DNA from: an uncultured Gemmatimonadaceae bacterium
GTDB lineage: Bacteria; Gemmatimonadota; Gemmatimonadetes; Gemmatimonadales; Gemmatimonadaceae
Length of the DNA stretch: 64,000 nucleotides
Assembly (NCBI GenBank): GCA_963740355.1
Contig: CAVUDW010000002.1
Location: 2,304,001 to 2,368,000 of the forward strand
Reading direction: 5' to 3'
Shown: piece by piece, positions 57,401 through 64,000 of the stretch
How positions within the stretch are numbered: the first letter of the stretch is position 1
Layout of the letters: each line of letters starts with the position of its first letter
Program-made: the position numbers and the translations under genes
The notes under the pieces: generated by a model
What the model was told of the DNA's origin: nothing
Databases searched by the model: none
Seen by the model: the letters and a program-made list of their open reading frames with translations, nothing else

Positions 57401-60400
57401 TCAACGTTTTGCGCGCCTCGGCGCCGAATTGCGCCTCGACCCAGGCGCGCGACAGCTTCTCGCCATCGCGCAGCGCAGCCTGTGCTTGATAGACCGGCTG
57501 GCCGAGCAGCTCCGCCCGCAGCGCGTCGGACCGTCGATCGAACTCCATCCGCCATTCGGCACGCGACGCCCGCAGCGTTTCGTTCCGCAGCTGCGCCTGC
57601 AGCTTCGCGGCGAAGGCTTCATATGCGACGGACGCCCGCTGCTGATAGGCCGCGAAGTCGTCCGCACTGCCGCCCACCTGCGCAGCATCCGTCAACTGAC
57701 CTGCGCGAACATCGGCCGCCGCAATCGCACTTTCGCCGGCCACCAAGCGATCGAACACGCCGCGGACTTCCTCACTGATCGGGATATTGAGGCCCGTCGC
57801 GCTGTGATACACGCTCACGATCCACGCACGGAAGCGACCGAACAGGGCCGCCAAGTCTGCCCGGGGCGCTGTGGCCGTCGCCCAATACGATTCGAAGGCG
57901 CGGGCGAACTGCTCGTGCTTGTCGCGCTGGTCTGGCCCAAGCGTCTCACCGGGCTGCAATCCCAGCCACTCGCGGATGGTCTGCGCGTCGGCCTTGAGTG
58001 CCTCGCTGGCGGTGTCCTTCGCCGCCGTCGTCAGCAGCATATCGACGAACAGGTGCGCCGACTCGTGGATGAACGTCGACGGGTTCTTGAGATTCAGGAG
58101 CCCGATTGTGACTTGGTAGCCATCGGGCGAAAACCGGATGTAGCCGTTCGGGTTCGCGTCGTCCTGATGGAACGTGGCGTGCTCGCCATCCACGGCCATG
58201 CCCATCTGAAAGAGCACGTTCCCGGCCGCATCAACCAGCTCGCCAGCGGCATTCAGCGAGGTCCCATCGTCCGCAACGTCCGGCAATGCGTCCGCCTCGA
58301 GGCCGGCGAGCGCGTCACCCTGATAGATGTCCTGGCTGGCGAGTCGATCGATCTCCGCTTGCACGGCCGCATCGGTGCGCACCCGGTCGGATTCGGCCGC
58401 CATGGCCTCACTGATCTGCGCTGGTGTCATCCCACGCGCTACGAGGGCCGCTTCGAGTCGGGCAATCCCTTTCTTCCGGGCCGCGACTCGCCCTTCCGCC
58501 CGCATCGAGCCTTCGGTGCCGACATACGACGAGCCACCGGCCGACAACTGCTGCTCGGAATCCACCGCACGGCCCACGATGTTCTCGGCGCCGTTCGCGC
58601 TGTACGCGGCCAGCAGCTCACGCACGAGCGCCGGTGTCTCCGTGCGAGCCAGCGAGGCATTCGAGCGGAGTGCCCCGGCCGGCGTGCGCGCGGAGGCGTA
58701 CACATCACCGCGGAGCATCGCCGCTGCCTGTCGGCCGCCAACGATCTGCACCACACGCTGCGAGGCGACGTCCGCCACCGACTGCGCGGAGCGATCGGCG
58801 AGTGACCGGTACACCAAGGCGTGCAGCTGCGCCAAGGGGGCAGCCTGATCCGCCTGGACACCCGCGGCCTGCAGTTGTGCCGACACGTTCTGCCGCACCG
58901 CCTCTTCACCCTCGGCCGGCTGTGGCAGTGCCGCCTGCATCTCCTCGAGGAGCCGAGACACTACCGCCGGATCCTGCAACTCGGCAGCCTTCGCCGCCGC
59001 TTCGCGTGCGCTCCAGTCATTGAGGTTTGTCTTCAGGTCTTGCGAGACCGCATCGTGGAACGGTGACGCGGCCAGCTTGGTCGCGTACACATCCATCGGG
59101 ATCGCGACGTAGCCGCCCAACTGCTGCGCCGTGAGGTATTGGCCGGCATCCCCGAGAATCGTTTGTGCCGCCTGTTCCGGTGCGACACCAGACGACTGGA
59201 AGAACGTCGCCCATGCTTCCGCAGGGACGTAGACGGTTGGTGCATCCGGCGCCGCCGCGCGCAGCAATTCCCCCACCGTGTCGGGCGCCTCGGTCAACGC
59301 TTTCGAGCGCCGCATCGTCTCGGACAGTGCGCTGAAATACTCAGCCGTTGCCGTGGCGCGTGCGGCGCGCACATGCTGGCCGGCGTAGTTCGCGAAAGCC
59401 GGTGGGAACCCGAGGACGAGCATCGCCTGGGCGGCCTGCGTGGCGGAGTCCAGCATATCCGCGCCGATGTCAGCAACGCTGTACGCCGATCCGTCAGGGT
59501 TCGCCACGTTGAGGGCGATGTTCGACAAGCCAGGCGCGATCGACTGCAGCGCTTCCGTGCTGGCCTCTTCTGCGATGGACGCCCCCATGCTCTTCGCAAA
59601 GCCGATGACGGCACCGCGTGCGGTGCGTTGTGTCACCGCACGCTCCACGGCCTGCGCTGCGGTGGTGCGGAGCATCGAGGGAATCAGCGACTGCGGCAGC
59701 AGGCTGCGCACGCCCGGCAGTGCATTCACGAGGAACACGTTGCCGACCGTCTCGAGCAACCCGTTCACGAGGCCGACGCCCCACGCCTGCGCACGCGCCG
59801 AGCGTTCGCTGATCGCATTGCCGGCCACCGTGGTGGAGCGCATCAGCCCATCCAGCGTCATCGCCCCTTCCGCCCGCATGGACGAGAGGAACCCGCCCGC
59901 CAGCGCGCCCGCCTGTGCGCCAGCTGCCGCACCGGCTGGCACGGTCACTTCTGCAAACGGGCCACCCGCCAAGCCCGCCGCCGCACCGAGTGTGCCGCCA
60001 ATCGCAGCCCCGGTGCCTGCGTCCAGAATACCGCGAATCATCGACGGGGCGGTGACGGTCGCATTGCGGACCACATTCGCACCGAATCGAGCCAGCGACG
60101 GCAACCCGGCGGTCGCTGCATCCACTGCGGCCGCCGTGGCGGTCGGATCCATCTGCTGCCGAGCCAAGGCATCCGACTGTGCATTGAGCAACGCGTTCTG
60201 TTCTGAGGTGGCACCCGACACCATCTGCTCGAAGCGCGCATCCACCACGTCAGTGTTCATCTTCCACGAGGCACCGAACGCCGTCACCGATCGCTGCAAC
60301 ATGCTTGGCGCGCGGATCGTCATCGGCGACTGCTTCAGCAACCACGACGCGGCGGCCATCGAGGGCAGATCATCCTGTACCTGCGCCGCCTTGATGGGAT

Positions 60401-60692
60401 TTGAAAGCCACACTGCGAGCGCGCTGTCCTGGCGGATCAACTCGGCGTGGCTGTCGGGTGCCATGAGCCGCGCCGGCGCCGATGCCGGATCGATCCCGTA
60501 GGCGCGGGCCACATTTGCGTTGGCGCGCGCGGTCGGCGCTGGCGTCTGCTTCGCGAGTTCGAGTGACGTGGTTGCGCGCTGCTGCTGCGCGGCATGCCAT
60601 CCGGCGACACGCTGCAGCTCGGCTGACACTTCGTCATCGACAGACAGGAGCGGACGACGAAGCGGGTTTGGGTCAATCCGAGGGCCGGTCAT
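54465..60692 (-). CDS. Large phage internal/ejection (DNA transfer) protein, large polyvalent protein type with HExxH motif (2075 aa)
   Basis: Gly/Ala hydrophobic segment, EEASTEALQ, STFIHESAH...HEQFARAFESY, YRGGYYRLKYDP, AVIDSQG; architecture resembles epsilon15/BPP-1-type podovirus core proteins. Confidence 0.8.
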   Translation of the reverse strand: MTGPRIDPNPLRRPLLSVDDEVSAELQRVAGWHAAQQQRATTSLELAKQTPAPTARANANVARAYGIDPASAPARLMAPDSHAELIRQDSALAVWLSNPIKAAQVQDDLPSMAAASWLLKQSPMTIRAPSMLQRSVTAFGASWKMNTDVVDARFEQMVSGATSEQNALLNAQSDALARQQMDPTATAAAVDAATAGLPSLARFGANVVRNATVTAPSMIRGILDAGTGAAIGGTLGAAAGLAGGPFAEVTVPAGAAAGAQAGALAGGFLSSMRAEGAMTLDGLMRSTTVAGNAISERSARAQAWGVGLVNGLLETVGNVFLVNALPGVRSLLPQSLIPSMLRTTAAQAVERAVTQRTARGAVIGFAKSMGASIAEEASTEALQSIAPGLSNIALNVANPDGSAYSVADIGADMLDSATQAAQAMLVLGFPPAFANYAGQHVRAARATATAEYFSALSETMRRSKALTEAPDTVGELLRAAAPDAPTVYVPAEAWATFFQSSGVAPEQAAQTILGDAGQYLTAQQLGGYVAIPMDVYATKLAASPFHDAVSQDLKTNLNDWSAREAAAKAAELQDPAVVSRLLEEMQAALPQPAEGEEAVRQNVSAQLQAAGVQADQAAPLAQLHALVYRSLADRSAQSVADVASQRVVQIVGGRQAAAMLRGDVYASARTPAGALRSNASLARTETPALVRELLAAYSANGAENIVGRAVDSEQQLSAGGSSYVGTEGSMRAEGRVAARKKGIARLEAALVARGMTPAQISEAMAAESDRVRTDAAVQAEIDRLASQDIYQGDALAGLEADALPDVADDGTSLNAAGELVDAAGNVLFQMGMAVDGEHATFHQDDANPNGYIRFSPDGYQVTIGLLNLKNPSTFIHESAHLFVDMLLTTAAKDTASEALKADAQTIREWLGLQPGETLGPDQRDKHEQFARAFESYWATATAPRADLAALFGRFRAWIVSVYHSATGLNIPISEEVRGVFDRLVAGESAIAAADVRAGQLTDAAQVGGSADDFAAYQQRASVAYEAFAAKLQAQLRNETLRASRAEWRMEFDRRSDALRAELLGQPVYQAQAALRDGEKLSRAWVEAQFGAEARKTLTQRKLTTTDTGIDPTLFAIEYGFATEDELIAALLTAPPIDALVREQVGASMARDYGDLLHDGNALAQAARSVAHDAADDGLARVLVEELTALGHVRGLDVPSRADGVTFASLKRLARDTIAKQTAATIRPHGYFVAERQAAREVEAALVAGNQQGAYLAKRRQLLNHLFYAEAIAAQNEMRDARRELLRYTQPAVRAKIGKIGQPWLEQIDGLLERVDLKQRTRTEWEARADLARWITEKTAEGDPIVAALGLGTETPAIPFQSLTVQQTRDLRDAVLMLGTGAAREGKALALTKQHTQDELRTKLMDELDRTGQVAPDRGDAMSSRARFATAARERFATLRTLPSIVRQIGGGNETGDWWQYVLRPLNEAGTEEARQNREAAVALARVNALLTPADRKALATTAPVRLSTGVVVHLTLRQRLAVVLNTGTEGNQQRLRDGNQIGDGEQQRLRESLTDSQLRWVQGVWDYLDSFWPATEALAKRIDGIAPEKVEAIPFVVRGTQYRGGYYRLKYDPTQSAQIQSIDLESQQRDFARGVAHRGSTRNGSRIERVQSASYAVRLDLLVIGEHVREVIHDLTHQEIIRDLNAVLFRAPDVGDRAIATVGPELWEQIKSALTDVTVNGRPAGPTDAIAETLNRKVSLVRMGFNVMTALMQPTGFLSTSARIGYGWTARGLLASTGSLLRLNQSNAMVLEKSAFMRERQATVSRDAMTALRATFEIEPKQAFDRGLAEYAYRGIALMQTVVDLPSWIGAYQKAISAGTPEAEAVLVADQAVIDSQGNGMLKDQAQVMRLRGWARLWTAMYSYMNTQYNLIASSGRLALRDGTRGEQVAAITNVVLLTVVLPSVLTKLLRDALRGDEPPDNVATSYLAEIAAYALSLVPLGREVSGMMQGYGDYDGPAGAGVFASIGKLKAQTDRIARGGDVTPATLRAANETAGLLFGYPATQLDRTVRGITALIDGTTSNPLAPLIGPPRHR

Positions 60693-62443
60693 CGAACCAC
60701 CTGCTCAAGGAGCGCGCGTGCGCTCGCTGCGGTGAGTGTGTCAGGAATTAGCCCGCGCGCGCGCAGTGCGGCGTACCGCTCGACCATCGCGTCCGTGATG
60801 CGCGGTGCGGCAATGCCAGCAACCGCCGCCAGTGCTGGGATCGTCTGTTCGCGGAACGCGGTCGCGAGCCCCGGAGCGATGCGCGCGAGCGGCACACGAA
60901 AATCACTTCGGTCGTCCGGTGCGACATCAGCCGGGAGCGCGATCGTGTTGCTCGTGCCCCAGTCATCGCGCGTCAGCACGCGCATTTTGAGCGGCTGCAT
61001 CACGAGCGTGTCGTATTCATCCGGCGTCAGGTCGCGCCCCAAGTGCTGCGCCACGGCGGCCCGGCGCGTGTCCGCTTCACGCGCGAACCGCACGTACGTG
61101 GCATTGGCCATGATCTTCTCGGCGGGGTCACTTGCCTTCGTGATGCCGAGCTCCCGGGCGGTCACCTTCGTGAGATCGTCGAAGCCAATCACCGCACCAC
61201 TCTTCACGCGCTGCGCTGTGGTGGCATTCGGTTGCGCACCGCGCCACATCCCGAGCCACCGCTCGCCATCGGGCACGCTCATACGCTGGATGTATGCGAG
61301 CGCCTGATCACGTGGGATGCGCTGAAGGTCGTCTTCCCGCATCGAGAACGCCTGGCCGGCGTAACGGGGGTCAGTCGCCGGCGGACGGCCGGACGCGGCA
61401 TGAATCAGGTTGTCCGCCAACCCACGCGAGATGGCGAACGCCTGGTCACTCTTCGAGAGACCATCCCATCCGACGGCGATTGCCTGCTGTACGATGGTCT
61501 CGCCGCGGTGCGCGCGCGCGCGGTCAATCTCCTGCTCGCGCTCTGCCTCTTCCCGCCCATAGATGCCCAGCGCATGCTCGCGCACCTTGCCCGACGTGTT
61601 CGCCCGGATGAAGTCGCGCGCGGCCCGACCATTCACGCCGTGCTGCGCGACCGCGGTATCTGCAACCGTTTGTGCCCTCATCAGATCCGTCTGCTGGCCC
61701 AGCGCCTGCTCAAGCTGCACCGCGTCGTCCGGCGCAATTGCGCCCCTCTTCGCGCGGAACAGCTGGTCGGCGGCCGTGACCTGATCCGATGCGAGGAGGC
61801 GCTGCACCGCGCCGGCGTAGAGCGAGGACACGGCCTTGTCTCGATTGGCGGCGACAACTTCCGGCGCATGCCCCTGCAGTGTGCCCAGCCGCTCCACGCC
61901 GACCATCACATCCGCCTCTGCCTTCCCGAGGGCCTGGACGTTGTTCGGATCCACCATGCCACGCGTGATGGCTGAGGTAATCGCGGTCTTTGCGACATCC
62001 AAGTCATAGACCGCACGTTCGCGCAACTCGTGACGCTGCAGCGAACCGTTCAGGGAATCGCGAAGCGCCGCCAAGCGCGGCTGCACCAACTGCCGTTGAT
62101 ACGCGGTCAAGTCTTTCGTTGACGCGCCGGCCTCGCGATCGAACACGGACAGGATGGCGTCACTCACACCGATGGCGTTCTTCCCCTGCTTGGCAAACGC
62201 GCCGCGTTCGGGATCGCTTAGCGCCTCCGTAATGAACGACGACAGGCGTGATTCAACCGCCGTAACCCGTGTCTCATCCGCCTTCCGCCGTTCCTGGACG
62301 ACGAGTGCTGCGAGATCGCCACCGGCCTGCTGCAGTGCCCCGCCTAACTGCCCGAAGGGATTCGGGTTTACGCTGTCGCGTTGCGGAGCGCTCAGTGGCC
62401 GAAGACCCGTCGAGATGGTGGGGACAACTGGGACATGAGGCAT
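60689..62443 (-). CDS. Phage internal/ejection protein (T7 gp15-position type, 584 aa)
   Basis: MPHVPVV start, GQLGGALQQAG, LSDPERGAFAKQGKNAIG, HELRE; all-helical; ATGA-coupled to the 2075-aa gene. Confidence 0.7.
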   Translation of the reverse strand: MPHVPVVPTISTGLRPLSAPQRDSVNPNPFGQLGGALQQAGGDLAALVVQERRKADETRVTAVESRLSSFITEALSDPERGAFAKQGKNAIGVSDAILSVFDREAGASTKDLTAYQRQLVQPRLAALRDSLNGSLQRHELRERAVYDLDVAKTAITSAITRGMVDPNNVQALGKAEADVMVGVERLGTLQGHAPEVVAANRDKAVSSLYAGAVQRLLASDQVTAADQLFRAKRGAIAPDDAVQLEQALGQQTDLMRAQTVADTAVAQHGVNGRAARDFIRANTSGKVREHALGIYGREEAEREQEIDRARAHRGETIVQQAIAVGWDGLSKSDQAFAISRGLADNLIHAASGRPPATDPRYAGQAFSMREDDLQRIPRDQALAYIQRMSVPDGERWLGMWRGAQPNATTAQRVKSGAVIGFDDLTKVTARELGITKASDPAEKIMANATYVRFAREADTRRAAVAQHLGRDLTPDEYDTLVMQPLKMRVLTRDDWGTSNTIALPADVAPDDRSDFRVPLARIAPGLATAFREQTIPALAAVAGIAAPRITDAMVERYAALRARGLIPDTLTAASARALLEQVVR

Positions 62444-63114
62444 CAGGCCGCCTTCTCGTGGCCGCGCATCTCACCGAGAATCCGGGCGAGTTCGGCGCTG
62501 CTCGCACGCAGTGGGGCGCCGAGGTCGAACGACGGGTTCACGATCGCTGGCCCGCCATACGTGTGGACGTGGACGCCTTCGCGCATCAACGCGACGCTCA
62601 CGAGCGTGACCATGTCCAGCGTCGGGAGCGCGGCCGCGGATCCGGGGTGCAGGGCGATCAGATGGTGCCGCGCTGTGTGTTGCGCGCGATCGACCGCCTT
62701 GTACGCGACGCCAAGCGCCACGATTGCCGCTTCGAGATCTGGCACGCCATCGCTGGAACGCGCGATCGCGTCGGCAGCGGCCGCGATCTGGGTGTCACGT
62801 TCGGCGCGGAGGACGCTCGCGTGCGCATCCTCGACGGCAAAGCGCGCACGCGACTGCCCCTGCGCCGCGGCATCCAGCGATGCCCGGGCGTTGGCGAGGG
62901 CCGTCGTCTCGATCTTGCTGTCCTCGGCATCGCCGGCAATCACAAGATCTTCCGCGCGACCGGCGCGATTCTCGGCATGTGAGACTTCATCCTGCGCGAG
63001 GCGGACACGTGCGTCGGCTCGTTCGGCCTGTGCCTGCGCATCGGTCAACGCCTGGCGGGCCTTGCTGAGGGCGCGGGTGGCAGTTGCAACGCCGTCGGTC
63101 GTGGTCTTGGTCAT
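62443..63114 (-). CDS. Ala-rich coiled-coil hypothetical protein (223 aa)
   Basis: SD GGAG before ATG 63114; heptad pattern; TGATG coupling to the next gene. Confidence 0.7.
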   Translation of the reverse strand: MTKTTTDGVATATRALSKARQALTDAQAQAERADARVRLAQDEVSHAENRAGRAEDLVIAGDAEDSKIETTALANARASLDAAAQGQSRARFAVEDAHASVLRAERDTQIAAAADAIARSSDGVPDLEAAIVALGVAYKAVDRAQHTARHHLIALHPGSAAALPTLDMVTLVSVALMREGVHVHTYGGPAIVNPSFDLGAPLRASSAELARILGEMRGHEKAA

Positions 63115-63200
63115 TAGAGGCTCCAGCTGGGGTAAGAGTCGCGGGCGGAATGCCAGCGGGGTGCAGCAGTTTTTGCGGCAGATTCGTGCGAACTGGGTGG

Positions 63201-63656
63201 TTAGGCAGCGGTCGAGAGGACGGCGACCGTTTCGATCACGGAAGCGCAATCGAGGACATCGAACAGGGCGAGAAGCTCGGCCTGCGGACGGAGAAGGCCT
63301 CCGTCGACCTCACGGACTCCGGCGCGTTCTTCGAACCGCTCGCGCTCGTCGATCGTGAGAAGACACAGCTGCAGGTGCGCAAAGCCGGCGGCGGTCCCGG
63401 CGATGGAGTGCACGTCGGTGGATGCCTGCTGGAACCGCGTCGCCCCGCATTCCATGTGGCGCGCGATCTCCCGGCGGACCTGTGGCTGGCGCAGGTAGAT
63501 GCGCAGCTCGTGCGTCAGGACGTCCGGGGGTTGGATGGCGATTCTCGGTGACCCGTCGGGCACGAGGGCCGCCACGCGCACCGTGGCGCGATGCAGGACC
63601 AGGTGCGCGAGCACACGACGGGCACACTCGAGCGTGCCGACAAGCTGGACGCTCAT
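63201..63656 (-). CDS. Hypothetical phage-type protein (151 aa) with ERFEERAGVREVDGGL motif
   Basis: Strong SD GAGGAGG before ATG 63656; I recall this motif from small genes next to phage/island primases. Confidence 0.7.
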   Translation of the reverse strand: MSVQLVGTLECARRVLAHLVLHRATVRVAALVPDGSPRIAIQPPDVLTHELRIYLRQPQVRREIARHMECGATRFQQASTDVHSIAGTAAGFAHLQLCLLTIDERERFEERAGVREVDGGLLRPQAELLALFDVLDCASVIETVAVLSTAA

Positions 63657-63695
63657 TCGAATGCCTCCTCGAGCTGCAGCGTGGCAGCTGCTGGG

Positions 63696-63891
63696 CAGGA
63701 CGATAGGACAATCAGGACATGATTTAGAGCCCTCCGCATTACACGAACCAGCGAACCGCTCATGTACCGATACTTTGTGAATAATTGTCCTGATTGTCCT
63801 GTTGATTGGCTGCGCACTTGCTTTCGTGTTGTTGCATAAGCTTTTGCGGCGCAGGACAATCCGCAGGACAAAGACAGGCCGGCAAGACAAT
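63696..63891. promoter_or_regulatory. Putative replication origin with about 8 iterons (consensus CAGGACAAT) in both orientations
   Basis: Copies at 63696, 63704, 63713, 63852, 63864 and 63883 (+) and 63784 and 63793 (-); AT-richer than flanks. Confidence 0.7.
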
Positions 63892-64000
63892 TCATGTGAA
63901 ATGCTCGCTGCTGGTGCCCGACGCGTAGGGCTTCAGCTTCAATCCAGTCCGGTACTTCTGGCCGCCACGCTTTTCGCCGCCGATGCCGCGGTCCGTCAGT
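63892..64000 (-). CDS. C-terminus of probable P4/D5-family primase-helicase (truncated by window edge)
   Basis: LTDRGIGGEKRGGQKYRTGLKLK...* resembles the winged-helix end of D5/P4 primases; directly followed by iterons; only 35 aa visible. Confidence 0.5.
   Translation of the reverse strand, partial: LTDRGIGGEKRGGQKYRTGLKLKPYASGTSSEHFT

Larger units (their letters stand above)
52896..64000 (-). mobile_element. tRNA-integrated phage-related element (satellite/PICI-like), extends beyond the window
   Basis: Strand switch at the tRNA 3' end; small terminase, ejection-like proteins, iteron cluster and primase-like C-terminus; no terL, portal, capsid or tail gene in view. Confidence 0.8.

Noticed and set aside
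55173..58805. 1210-aa ORF on the + strand inside the element
   Set aside because: Antisense shadow of the 2075-aa gene; Arg/His-rich with no motifs; expected in GC3-biased DNA.
63653..63895. 80-aa ORF and the upstream extension of the 229-aa ORF across the iteron cluster
   Set aside because: Translation reflects the DNA repeats; the strong SD supports a start at 63656 and an origin explains the region better, though a short ATGA-coupled ORF cannot be excluded.
52896..64000. Interpretation as an ordinary complete or decayed prophage
   Set aside because: Disfavoured but not excluded: terS lies downstream of the ejection genes, no terL follows it, and genes are intact and coupled. The part beyond 64000 is unseen.

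Overview
High-GC bacterial chromosome segment; the 16S sequence and gene order point to Gemmatimonadota (my recognition, not database-checked). Positions 1-52.9 kb are co-oriented (+) housekeeping DNA: rph/rdgB, three tRNAs, a complete 16S-23S-5S operon, era, prfB (programmed +1 frameshift), lysS, lolC/E-lolD, mcsA-mcsB-clpC, bamA-skp-lpxD-lpxC/fabZ-lpxA-gnnA-like-lpxB-lpxK, gdh, rlmH, bshC, murJ, uvrC, thrC, der-plsY-gpsA, surE-pcm-acyP-apt and tRNA-Arg(CCT). rdgB and murJ carry +1 indels that look like consensus errors. From the 3' end of tRNA-Arg(CCT) (52896) to the window edge lies a minus-strand integrated element. In transcription order it has a primase/helicase-like C-terminus, an iteron-type origin, two small ORFs, two podovirus-type DNA-ejection proteins (584 and 2075 aa), a small ORF, two small-terminase-like genes and a small beta-rich protein. 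No large terminase, portal, capsid or tail gene is visible. The best candidate for a novel system is that this is a phage satellite (PICI-like) carrying its own DNA-ejection machinery. The integrase end lies outside the window, so this remains inference.
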